In this document: positions 55,175 to 63,887 of the stretch, piece after piece
Layout of the letters: each line of letters starts with the position of its first letter
How positions within the stretch are numbered: position 1 is the stretch's first letter
DNA from: Candidatus Eiseniibacteriota bacterium
GTDB lineage: Bacteria; Eisenbacteria; RBG-16-71-46; CAIMUX01; VGJL01
NCBI GenBank assembly: GCA_041946735.1
Contig: JBHGAY010000010.1
Span: 32,001 to 96,000 of the forward strand
Reading direction: 5' to 3'
Length of the DNA stretch: 64,000 bases
Translations under genes and position numbers: made by a program
The notes under the pieces: generated by a model
The model's input: only the letters and a program-made list of their open reading frames with translations
The model's database searches: none
What the model was told of the DNA's origin: nothing

Positions 55175-55545
55175 GCGAGGATGACGCGGTGAGCCGCGGC
55201 TCCCATCGATCGAATCGAGGTCTCGTGGAAAGCGACTGGGATCAAGACGCGTTCGTGGAGCGCGTGATGCGTGCGGCGCAGCCGGAACTCCTTCGCCGGC
55301 GCCGCGGCCATCAGGGGATCGAGATGGCGATCGTGCGTCTCCGGATGCCGGTCCTCGCCGCCTGCGGCCTGCTCGCTGCCGCCTCCCTCGTCCTGCTGGC
55401 GGTTTCCCGTGAAAGCTCTGCGCAACCTCTGGAGCGGCCGCTCGCCGCGGCGCTCGGAGTGCCCGACCGCCTGGCCATCTGGGCCTTGTCGGAGGATCGG
55501 CCGGCCCCCGCCGAGCTGCTCACGTTCGACGAGGAACGGCGGTGA
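55171..55545 (+). CDS. Putative anti-sigma membrane protein
   Basis: ATGA-coupled to the ECF gene; FVERVM motif followed by a single TM. Confidence 0.65.
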   Translation: MSEDDAVSRGSHRSNRGLVESDWDQDAFVERVMRAAQPELLRRRRGHQGIEMAIVRLRMPVLAACGLLAAASLVLLAVSRESSAQPLERPLAAALGVPDRLAIWALSEDRPAPAELLTFDEERR

Positions 55546-56027
55546 GGGATGGGATCGACGCGCTGGGGCGCCTGCGTCTCCAGGCCGTTCTGCTGTTGAT
55601 CTGCGTCCTTCTGATCGGCGCGCTCGCGGGGATCGCCGTCGACCGCATCCTGCTCGATCGGGGGGACGGCCATCCTCACCGCCCGCCGCCGACCGGGCTT
55701 CCGACCGAGATCATCGAAGGGCTCGACCTGACCCCCGAGCAGTACGAGAAGGTCGACTCGATCGTCTGGTCGAGCCGGCCGCGGACGGACGCGATCTTCG
55801 ACGAGCTTCTGCCCCGCATCCGGTCGCTGGCAGACTCGGTACGCGCGGAGATCCGCCTCGTCCTGAACGAAGAGCAGCGGGCGACCTTCGACCGGCGCCG
55901 GCCGATGGTGCTCGGAGAGGAGCGTATCCGCCCGGAGCCGCCGCCGCCGGGCGGAGGCCCGATGCCGGCGCGCCGTCCCGCGCCTGCGGCTCCCGGATCG
56001 AACCGATCCGGCGAAGCGCCTCGCTAA
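55542..56027 (+). CDS. Membrane-anchored periplasmic helical protein (Spy/CpxP or heavy-metal-sensor-like)
   Basis: GTGA coupling, TM, LDLTPEQ and VLNEEQ (LTxxQ-like motifs). Confidence 0.7.
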   Translation: MRDGIDALGRLRLQAVLLLICVLLIGALAGIAVDRILLDRGDGHPHRPPPTGLPTEIIEGLDLTPEQYEKVDSIVWSSRPRTDAIFDELLPRIRSLADSVRAEIRLVLNEEQRATFDRRRPMVLGEERIRPEPPPPGGGPMPARRPAPAAPGSNRSGEAPR

Positions 56028-56358
56028 TCGCCTGGCTGGGATCATCCCTTCATCGACCCGATCCGAAGAATTCCTGCCGGCAGCGCTAACGTTCCGTTGC
56101 CTTCGCCTGTCTTGCAGGCCGGGTGGTGGGTATCGCGTGCGAACAGCGCGATATCAGGATGCGACGGCCCGAGAAGCGGGGGGCGACGAACCGGTGCGCC
56201 CTGACACTTCGGCGCACGGCCGAATCGTGGCGACGGCTGTGGAAGTCGATGGCGCCGGGGCGCACCGGGATCTTTCCTGCCGCGAAGCAGGGGCGCCGAC
56301 AGGGACTGGAGGCTGACCTGTTCTGGTAGATCACGGAAGAACGCGCGAGTCATCGAGT

Positions 56359-56401
56359 CATGAGAGGGCGGCCCGTCGAGAGACGCGGCCGCCCTCTCAT
56401 G
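56359..56401. terminator. Long hairpin between convergent genes (probable terminator)
   Basis: Perfect 15-bp arms CATGAGAGGGCGGCC / GGCCGCCCTCTCATG with an inner CGTC-GAGA-GACG stem. No U tract. Confidence 0.55.
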
Positions 56402-56462
56402 TTCCGGGCGCGCCGTCGGAGGGCGTGCCTTCCGCCGCGGGCGATCGGGCGGGACCCGACGA

Positions 56463-56888
56463 TCAGGGGCGCGGCAGCAGGCGGAGGAGCGTTTCGATCG
56501 AGACCGGCTTCGCGACGTGGTACGCGAAGCCCGCCTCCAGCGCCTTCTCCCGATCCCGGTGCTGGACGTAGCCGGTCAACGCGATCAGGAGCGTGTGAGA
56601 CAGGCGGGGATCGCTGCGAAGCGTCCGCGCCACCTCGTGTCCATCGATGTCCGGCAGTCCGATGTCGCAGAGGATGGCGTCGGGGAGCATCTCCCGGGCG
56701 CGCTCGATTCCCGAGTGGCCATCGCACGCGATTCGCGCCTCGTAACCGAGGATCTCGAAGACCTGCGCGAAGCTCGTCGCCGTATCGAGGCTGTCCTCGA
56801 TGATGAGGATCCGGCGGCGAGCCGGCTGGGACGGGCGGGACGGATCCTGCTCGCTAGACGAGTCGTCCGCCTGGGAATCCTCTCGCAT
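56463..56888 (-). CDS. Stand-alone response regulator receiver domain
   Basis: ILIIED, LCDIGLPDIDG (phospho-Asp), IALTGY, HVAKP. Confidence 0.88.
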   Translation of the reverse strand: MREDSQADDSSSEQDPSRPSQPARRRILIIEDSLDTATSFAQVFEILGYEARIACDGHSGIERAREMLPDAILCDIGLPDIDGHEVARTLRSDPRLSHTLLIALTGYVQHRDREKALEAGFAYHVAKPVSIETLLRLLPRP

Positions 56889-57128
56889 GCCGATGGGACC
56901 TCGACCCTCGTTCGCTTCGACCGTTCGTTTCCGACGCTTTTTTGGAGACCCGGATTTCAGAACGGCGATCTCGCGGGCCCGGGAAGAGGGTGGGCGACGC
57001 TGCGCACGTAACGAGTTCGCCGGCAGCCGACATGGCAGGCTAGCGTTCGCCCCGCCGGCGGTCAACGACGGTTTGCGCCGACGATGACGGATGGATGCCG
57101 GCAGCGCCCCCCGCGCGGGACGCTGGAA

Positions 57129-57164
57129 TCATGCCGGTCACGCCAGTCATGCCGGTCATGCCGG
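57129..57164. repeat. 9-bp tandem repeat x4, TCA(T/C)GCC(G/A)G
   Basis: Read directly, in the divergent region upstream of the SDR gene. Confidence 0.85.
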
Positions 57165-57216
57165 TCCTCGCCGGCGATCCTTGACCGGTGGTGCAAGCGC
57201 AACTAGAGTGCGCGCC

Positions 57217-57987
57217 ATGGAACTCGCGAATCGAATCGTATTCGTCACGGGCGCGAGCAGCGGGATCGGGGCGGCCTGTGCCCTCGCCTTCGCCCGGGCA
57301 GGAGCGAAGGTGCTGCTCTGCGCTCGACGGGAAGACAGGCTGGACGATGTGGTGGAAAGCCTGCGTAGGACCGGGGTCGAGGCGTACGGGATCGGGCTGG
57401 ACGTGCGGGATCCGATCGCCGTCGAGACGGCGATCGGATCCCTGCCGGAGCCGTGGAAGTCGATCGACGTCCTCGTCAACAACGCGGGGCTCTCCCGTGG
57501 CCTGAGCCGCTTGCACGAAGGGCTCCTCTCCGACTGGGAGGAGATGATCGACACCAACGTGAAGGGGCTGCTGTACGTCTCCCGTGCGGTGATTCCCGGG
57601 ATGATCGAGCGGGGCCGGGGGCAGGTCATCAACATCGGCTCGATCGCGGGGCACGAGTCGTATCCCGGCGGGAATGTCTATTGCGCTACGAAGGCGGCGG
57701 TGCGCGCGCTGACGGCCGGCATGCGGATGGACTACGTCGACACTCCGATCCGCATCTCGACGGTCGATCCCGGAATGGTCGAGACGGAGTTCAGCCTCGT
57801 GCGCTTTCACGGCGACCGCGAGCGGGCCGACAAGGTGTATCAGGGGATCACGCCGCTCTCGGCGGACGACGTCGCCGAAGTCGTCCTGTTCTGCGCAACG
57901 CGTCCGGCGCACGTCGAGGTCGCGGAGGTCCTGCTGCTGCCCACCGCTCAGGCTTCCGCCACGTTGGCCCACAGGAGGAGCGGCTAG
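57217..57987 (+). CDS. SDR family NADP-dependent oxidoreductase (YdfG-like)
   Basis: TGASSGIG, ARR, NNAG, YCATK, PGMVETEFS. Confidence 0.93.
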   Translation: MELANRIVFVTGASSGIGAACALAFARAGAKVLLCARREDRLDDVVESLRRTGVEAYGIGLDVRDPIAVETAIGSLPEPWKSIDVLVNNAGLSRGLSRLHEGLLSDWEEMIDTNVKGLLYVSRAVIPGMIERGRGQVINIGSIAGHESYPGGNVYCATKAAVRALTAGMRMDYVDTPIRISTVDPGMVETEFSLVRFHGDRERADKVYQGITPLSADDVAEVVLFCATRPAHVEVAEVLLLPTAQASATLAHRRSG

Positions 57988-58263
57988 CGCAGCGATCGCC
58001 GCCCGCTCCTTCGCCTCGGCTGCCGGCCCAGCTACGGGCTTAGTCCCACCAAGCGCGAACAGCGGTACGACCCGGGAGGGGAAGAGCCGGGGCCGCCGTC
58101 GCGTCCTCCCCCGTTGACACCCTCCTCGCGCGGGCGGTAGGACTCTTCGTTCCTCACTCCTTCCCTGGCGAGGAGGTTGCTCCCCGACGATGCGCTGCAC
58201 ACCGAATGCGACGACGAAGGCGACGCGGCGCTGCCGGTCGCTCCCTTGCCGAACGGCCCGCCC

Positions 58264-61200
58264 ATGAAGCGCCCTGGCGAGCGTCCACGCGCGCGTCCAC
58301 GCGATCGTCTCGAGAATCTGTTCCATCGGATCCTCGAGCTCCCAGCCGAACGGCGGGAACAGGAGCTACGCGCTCTCGCGGGCGCCGAGCCGGGTCTCGC
58401 CCGCGATCTCGCCGCCCTTCTCGCCGCTGCAGAAGCGCCGACCGGCTTCCTCTCCGTCCCATCCCTCGTCGAGCGCGAAGAACGCTCGATCCTTCCCGAG
58501 CGGCTCGGGCGATACGCGGTCCGGTCAGAGATCGGAAGGGGAGCGTCGGGGATCGTCTACCTCGGTCACGATCCCGACCTCGACCGTCCGGTCGCGATCA
58601 AGGTGCTCTCCGGCCGGCATGGCCGCCCGGCCGCGGACTGGGGCGACGAGCTGCTACGAGAGGCGCGGGCGCTCGCCGGGGTCGTCCATCCGAACGTCGC
58701 CCAGGTGCACTCGATCGAGCGCCTGGAGACGGAGTACGCGAGCGGACCGGCCGCTGCCACCGGACCGCCGGCGGCGATGCTGACGATGGAATACGTCCCG
58801 GGCCGGACGCTGGCCGATCTGCTCTCGGAAGGGCCGTTCACGCTCGACCGCGCGCTCGATTGCGCGCGGCAGATCGCCGCGGCCCTCGAGACCGCGCATC
58901 GCAGCGGCATCGTGCACCGGGACCTGAAGCCTCAGAACATCCGGATCACGCCCGATGGGCTGGTGAAGGTCCTGGACTTTGGGATCGCGGGGATTCTTCT
59001 CGCGCACTCGGCGCCGGAGCCGGGCGGCGCGCGCGTCCTTTCGTCCGCAGGGGGCGGGACGCCCGGCTATATGAGCCCCGAGCAGTGCCGCGGGGAGGAG
59101 GCGGGCGCGAACGCCGACCTCTGGGCTCTCGGCGCCTTGCTCTACGAATGCCTCACCGGATCGCCCGCCATCCCAGGGACGACCGTGGCCGACCTGCTCG
59201 CCGCGAACCGCACAGGCGAGGTCGATCTGGCACGGTTGCCCGCTTCGGTGCCCGAGCCGATCGAGCGCCTGCTCCGCGCTTGTCTGGCGGTCGACCCGCG
59301 CGAGCGGGAAGGATCGGCCACGACGGTCCGCCGCCTTCTGGGGGAGGAGCTGCTCCGACTGCGGGCCGGCGCGTTCGTGAGCGAGACGAGCCGCGACCCT
59401 TACCGAGCGAGCCCGACATCACGGGCTGGACGCGCGGACGGCGCCGCCCTGCCCGTGCGCCGCGCCCGTCTCCCGCGCCCGCTCTCTTCCTTCGTCGGCC
59501 GTGAGGCCTTCCTCGAGCGGCTCGAGCGGAGCCTCGAAGCGAACCGCTTGACCACGGTCACCGGCCCGGGGGGCGTCGGCAAGACCCGGGCGTCGATCGA
59601 GGGGGCGCGCCGGGCGGAGCGGCTCTACGGCGAGCGGATCTGGTTCGTCGACCTCGCCTCGGTGCTCCATCCCGCGGATCTCGCCTCCGAAGTCGCGCGC
59701 TCCCTCGAGGTCGGGCAGTCCGCGTCGGCGGGCGACGATCGAGGGATCGCGGAGGCGATCGGGCGGAAGGTGCGCGAGCCGTCGCTCCTCCTGCTCGACA
59801 ACTGCGAACACCTCGTTGAGGCGGCGGGACGATTCGCGGCTCGGCTCCTCGACGCCGCTCCGCCTCTCGCGATCCTCGCGACGAGCCGGCAGCCGCTCGG
59901 CATTCCCGGCGAACAGGTGCTGCCGCTGCCGCCCCTCGACGCGACCGGGGGGGCGGAAGGGGTGCGCCTCTTCGTGGAGCGCGCGCAGAGCCGCGACCCC
60001 GCGTTCGCGCCCGACGCGTCGCAGCTCGACCGCGTCGCCGAGCTGTGCCGGCGCGTGGACAGTCTTCCCCTCGCGATCGAGCTCGCCGCGAGCTGCGTCC
60101 GCAGCCTTCCGCTGGAGGAGATCGAGCGCCGGATCGCCGAGGGACGGCCGCTCCCTGCCCCTTCCGGCGCGGCGTCGCCGGAGCGGCATCGATCGCTGCG
60201 CGATGTCGTCGACTGGAGCTACCGCCTGCTCTCGGGCAAGGAGCGAAGCCTCCTCCGCCGGCTCTCGATCTTCCGCGGCGGCTGCACGCTCGCGGGCGTC
60301 GAAACCGTCTGCGGCGGCTGGGACGGCATCGAAGGGTGGGAAGCCTGCGATCTGCTGGCCGGCCTCGTCGAGCGCTCGCTCGTCGAGCCCGATCTGCAGC
60401 CCGAGAGCGAGCACGCGCGCTACAGGCTCCTCGAAACGATCCGGGTCGTCGCGGCGAACCGTCTGTCCGAGCAGCCCGCCGAGGAGGCGGAGCTTCTCTC
60501 CCGGTATCTCGCGCATGCGGCGTCGCTCGTCCTTCTCCGTCCCGGGGAGAAGGGGCCTCTGCGGGGAGCGTGGGTGCAGCGAATCGAGCCGGACTATCGC
60601 AACCTGGTCCACGCGCTCGACCTCTCTCTCGAAGCGGGCCGGCTGGACCTCGCCTTCGCCATCGCCGATCCCCTGAGCTACTACTGGGTCCAGACCGGTC
60701 ATTGGACCGAGGGGGCCGGCTGGCTCGACCGCCTGCTCGAAGCCCGCCGGCCCGAGCCGTCCCTCGAAGTTCCGACGAAGGACGGAATCGAGGGCCCGCG
60801 CGAACACAAGGGCGGCGGGCGCCGCGCGCCGCACCGGGCCGATGAGATCCGCCTGCTCGCGCAGGCCGGGCTGTTGCGCGCTCTTCGTGGCCGGCTCGAC
60901 GAAGCGCAGCCGGTGGCCGACGAGGCGCTCGCACTGGCTGCCGCATTCGGCGAGCCTGGTCCGCTTGCGCTCGCGCACGAGTCGGCGGCGGTGCTGACCT
61001 ACCGCCGCGGCGACGTGGACGGCGCGCAGCGCCACTTCGAACGGAGCCTCCGGGCGTTCGAGGAGGATGGGGATCGCGGAGGAGTCGCCGTCACGATCGG
61101 CAATCTCGGGGTCGTCCAGAGCACGCGCGGGGATCATCCCGCCGCGCTTCGCTTGTATCGCCAGTATCTCGATCTCGCCCGCGAGATGCAGGACCGCCTG

Positions 61201-61716
61201 GCCGAAGCGAAGGCGCTCACGAACCTCGGCTGGACGGCGATGACGATCGGCTCCGTGGACGAGGCGCGCGGCTACCTCGAGGAGGCGCGCGCCGTCCACG
61301 AGGAGAACGCCGACCTTCCCGGCCTCGCGCAGATCCACCAGCATCTCGGGGACCTCGCCGCAGGCCAGGGAGACGTGACGAGGGCGCGCGCGCACCTGCT
61401 CGAGTCGTGCCGGCTGCGCCGGAAGATCGGCGACGAGAGCGGCATGGGAAGCGGTCTCGCTTCCCTCGCCCGCCTGGCCGATCGGGAGTCGCGCCCGCTC
61501 CTCGCGAGCGAGATCGTCAGCGGCTTGCTCGCGCTCGCGGATGCGGGCCGCTTCCCGTGCCGGCCCGAGACGCTCGCCTCGCTCCGCGAATGGGCGGCCG
61601 ATCTGGCGGGACGGATCGGCGAGGACGCCTGGCGAGAGGCGGCCGAGCGAGCCGGCGGCAAGGGGATGACGGAGCTGCTCGACCTCGCAGGCGAGGCCGC
61701 GCCGGGATCGCGATGA
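58264..61716 (+). CDS. Ser/Thr protein kinase-STAND (NB-ARC-like) ATPase-TPR fusion
   Basis: GRGASG, VAIK, HRDLKPQN, DFG, GTPGYMSPE; SFVGRE, GPGGVGKT, LLLDNCEH, LPLAIELAA; TPRs; no TM seen. The ORF track start is TTG 58177. Confidence 0.92.
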   Translation: MKRPGERPRARPRDRLENLFHRILELPAERREQELRALAGAEPGLARDLAALLAAAEAPTGFLSVPSLVEREERSILPERLGRYAVRSEIGRGASGIVYLGHDPDLDRPVAIKVLSGRHGRPAADWGDELLREARALAGVVHPNVAQVHSIERLETEYASGPAAATGPPAAMLTMEYVPGRTLADLLSEGPFTLDRALDCARQIAAALETAHRSGIVHRDLKPQNIRITPDGLVKVLDFGIAGILLAHSAPEPGGARVLSSAGGGTPGYMSPEQCRGEEAGANADLWALGALLYECLTGSPAIPGTTVADLLAANRTGEVDLARLPASVPEPIERLLRACLAVDPREREGSATTVRRLLGEELLRLRAGAFVSETSRDPYRASPTSRAGRADGAALPVRRARLPRPLSSFVGREAFLERLERSLEANRLTTVTGPGGVGKTRASIEGARRAERLYGERIWFVDLASVLHPADLASEVARSLEVGQSASAGDDRGIAEAIGRKVREPSLLLLDNCEHLVEAAGRFAARLLDAAPPLAILATSRQPLGIPGEQVLPLPPLDATGGAEGVRLFVERAQSRDPAFAPDASQLDRVAELCRRVDSLPLAIELAASCVRSLPLEEIERRIAEGRPLPAPSGAASPERHRSLRDVVDWSYRLLSGKERSLLRRLSIFRGGCTLAGVETVCGGWDGIEGWEACDLLAGLVERSLVEPDLQPESEHARYRLLETIRVVAANRLSEQPAEEAELLSRYLAHAASLVLLRPGEKGPLRGAWVQRIEPDYRNLVHALDLSLEAGRLDLAFAIADPLSYYWVQTGHWTEGAGWLDRLLEARRPEPSLEVPTKDGIEGPREHKGGGRRAPHRADEIRLLAQAGLLRALRGRLDEAQPVADEALALAAAFGEPGPLALAHESAAVLTYRRGDVDGAQRHFERSLRAFEEDGDRGGVAVTIGNLGVVQSTRGDHPAALRLYRQYLDLAREMQDRLAEAKALTNLGWTAMTIGSVDEARGYLEEARAVHEENADLPGLAQIHQHLGDLAAGQGDVTRARAHLLESCRLRRKIGDESGMGSGLASLARLADRESRPLLASEIVSGLLALADAGRFPCRPETLASLREWAADLAGRIGEDAWREAAERAGGKGMTELLDLAGEAAPGSR

Positions 61717-62552
61717 GCGAGACGGACCCGATCGGCGGAGGCGAGGAGCAGGGCGGGACGTTCGCGCCGGACCGGGAGAGCGCGGCCGAGATCGAGCGCT
61801 ACGCGCGCGAGGTGATCGGGCGCGAGGTGATCGGGCGCGAGGCGCTGGCGCGCGAGGCGCTCGCCGCCGGTGACGGGACCGCGGGGGAGGTTGCTTCCCC
61901 GGCCGCCTCGCTCGACGCCCTTCTCCCTGCGATCTACGCGGAGATGCGCACGCTCGCCGCCTATATCCTGCGAGGCGAGGGAGTCGGCAGGACGCTCCGT
62001 CCGACCGCGCTCGCGCACGAGGCCTACCTGCGCCTCGCCCGCCAGACGCGATTCGCCCCGGAGAACCAGCGCCACCTGCTCGCCGTCGCCGCCACCATGA
62101 TGCGCCGCGTCCTCGTGGACTCGGTCCGCGAACGAAAGGCGGCGAAGCGAGGAGGCGCCGCCGAGCGCGTCACGCTGGGGCGCATGGACGAGGAGGGGGA
62201 GGGGGAGGCGTCGGCGGCGGGGGAGCGGTCGCGCGCGACCGCCGCTGTCGATCTGATCGATCTCCACCGCGCCCTCGACCGCCTCGCCGCCGAACATCCC
62301 CGCAAGGCCCGGGTCGTCGAGCTTCTCTACCTCGCCGGTTTGACGCAGGAGGAGGCGGGGAGCGTGCTCGGGATCACGGCGCGGACCGTCCTGCGCGACT
62401 GGATGTTCGCGAGGGCGTGGCTCTGGAAAGAGCTGAGCGGGGAGGATGCGGCGCGTGCGCCGCAAGATCCTCCCCGCTCGATCGAGCGGAGTGCCGGGAA
62501 CGAAGGGTCGCGGGAATCCGGCCCCATCCCGCCCCCGGTCAGTCGAGAATGA
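61713..62552 (+). CDS. ECF-type sigma factor of the kinase-associated group (TIGR02999/ECF43-like)
   Basis: ATGA-coupled to the kinase; IYAEMRTLA, TLRPTALAHEAYLRL, MRRVLVD..R.RKAAKRGG, RTVLRDWMFARAWL. Confidence 0.9.
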   Translation: MSETDPIGGGEEQGGTFAPDRESAAEIERYAREVIGREVIGREALAREALAAGDGTAGEVASPAASLDALLPAIYAEMRTLAAYILRGEGVGRTLRPTALAHEAYLRLARQTRFAPENQRHLLAVAATMMRRVLVDSVRERKAAKRGGAAERVTLGRMDEEGEGEASAAGERSRATAAVDLIDLHRALDRLAAEHPRKARVVELLYLAGLTQEEAGSVLGITARTVLRDWMFARAWLWKELSGEDAARAPQDPPRSIERSAGNEGSRESGPIPPPVSRE

Positions 62553-63780
62553 CGATGCGGCCGGACTTCGATCCGGACGTCGATCCGTCCCGGAGCTGAT
62601 AGAAGTAGGCGCCGGCCGGAAGCCTCCGTCCGTCGTCGTCGCGTCCGTCCCACTGGACGGCCTGGGCCCCCGCTGGCTGCACGCCATCGACGAGCGTCCG
62701 GACCCACCGTCCCTGCGCATCGTGGATCCGGAGCAGCACGGGCGCCGCTCCCGCGGCTCGGTAGCGGATCGTCGTCTCGCCTCGGGTCGGGTTCGGCCAT
62801 GCGGCGACCGGTCCTGTGGCGAGGTCCTGCGAGCCGTCGACGCCGGCAACGTCGGTCGCGGGGATGCGCGCGACGTTCACCACGAACTTGCCGATCAGCC
62901 CCGCTTGGGAAACGGCGTCGGTGTTGAGGGTGAGCATGAGCTCCGAGCCCACGTCGGACGGCTGGGTGGTCCAGGCGCCTCCATCTCCGATCCAGTACTC
63001 GTTCGAAAGGCCGATCTGCCCAAAGAGAGCCCCGTAGGGAGCTCCGGTGTGAGGCTGCGTACCGCTCACGACTCCGAGCAGTCCTTCCGGGCCGAACCAT
63101 CCCTCCGTATAGGCGGAGTTCGGCAGAGCCGGATCGCGCATGACACCGTAGGGCAGCACGACGAAGCGGTCGCCCGTGGCGGCGAAGAGCCCGGTGCCGA
63201 TCGGGAGGGTGGTGGTGCGGCTGATCGTGACCTGCGAGACGTCCGCGGAGCCGGGAGGCACGACGATGAGCGTGATCGTCACCGAACCCTCCAGGCTTGC
63301 GAGATCGGCGTCGGAGAGGTTCAGAGCGAGCCGCAGCTCCTGTCCGACGTCCGCGGGCTGGACGCTGAACGAACCCATGCGGCCCAGGAACTGATAGGAG
63401 CCGATCACGCCATTGAAGCCGCCGATCAGCGCGCCGTACGGCATGCCATCGACGATCGGCTGTCCCGTCCCGGTCCAGTTCGTCTGGCCGGCCGGGCCGA
63501 ACCATCCCTCGTCGAACCGTTCGGGAAGGGCTCCGACACGAAGGGATCCTTCTGCATAGAAGATCACCTCCTCTCCGAGCTGCGTGCCGATCAGCCCGGT
63601 CGAGAGCGGCTGTGCTGTCGACGCGTCGATCGTGACGACCCGGTGCTGTGTGTAGTCCGCGCGCGCGGGGCCGGCGGCGATGACGAGGCCGAGCGCGGCG
63701 ATGGCGACGCCCGCGCCGGCGAGAAGCGAGGCGGCCAGGGTAGCTCTCGGCTTCCGGTCCACGTTCCTGCTGGTGCTCAT
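62539..63780 (-). CDS. Secreted protein with two tandem beta-sandwich (PA-IL/LecA-like?) domains and a C-terminal FlgD-Ig-like domain
   Basis: AGGAGG SD, signal peptide (PARA-D), internal repeat EGWFGPxG...GxPYGAL(I/F)G...DVG.EL.L.LN x2, C-terminal WPNP...WDGRDDDG...AGAYFYQL. Confidence 0.8.
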   Translation of the reverse strand: MSTSRNVDRKPRATLAASLLAGAGVAIAALGLVIAAGPARADYTQHRVVTIDASTAQPLSTGLIGTQLGEEVIFYAEGSLRVGALPERFDEGWFGPAGQTNWTGTGQPIVDGMPYGALIGGFNGVIGSYQFLGRMGSFSVQPADVGQELRLALNLSDADLASLEGSVTITLIVVPPGSADVSQVTISRTTTLPIGTGLFAATGDRFVVLPYGVMRDPALPNSAYTEGWFGPEGLLGVVSGTQPHTGAPYGALFGQIGLSNEYWIGDGGAWTTQPSDVGSELMLTLNTDAVSQAGLIGKFVVNVARIPATDVAGVDGSQDLATGPVAAWPNPTRGETTIRYRAAGAAPVLLRIHDAQGRWVRTLVDGVQPAGAQAVQWDGRDDDGRRLPAGAYFYQLRDGSTSGSKSGRIVILD

Positions 63781-63812
63781 CGAAGGTTCCTCCTGCCGTT
63801 CCGGCGTCTCTT

Positions 63813-63887
63813 GCGTTGCCTGGTGGTGGGTGCCCGTGAGGGTTCGTTCCGGCGTTGCCTGGTGGTGGGCGCCCGTGAGGGTTCGTT
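63813..63887. repeat. 36-bp direct repeat x2 (39-bp period) just upstream of the 62539-63780 gene
   Basis: GCGTTGCCTGGTGGTGGG(T/C)GCCCGTGAGGGTTCGTT x2, one mismatch. Confidence 0.92.

Noticed and set aside
21560..61395. Long antisense or alternate-frame ORFs (e.g. 21560..24493, 35523..37559, 44218..47106, 59419..61395)
   Set aside because: They shadow well-supported genes, have no recognisable motifs and are expected from stop-codon scarcity at this GC content.
44243..63887. Direct repeats at 44243 and 63813 as mini-CRISPR arrays
   Set aside because: Only two copies each, essentially no spacers, and no cas genes.
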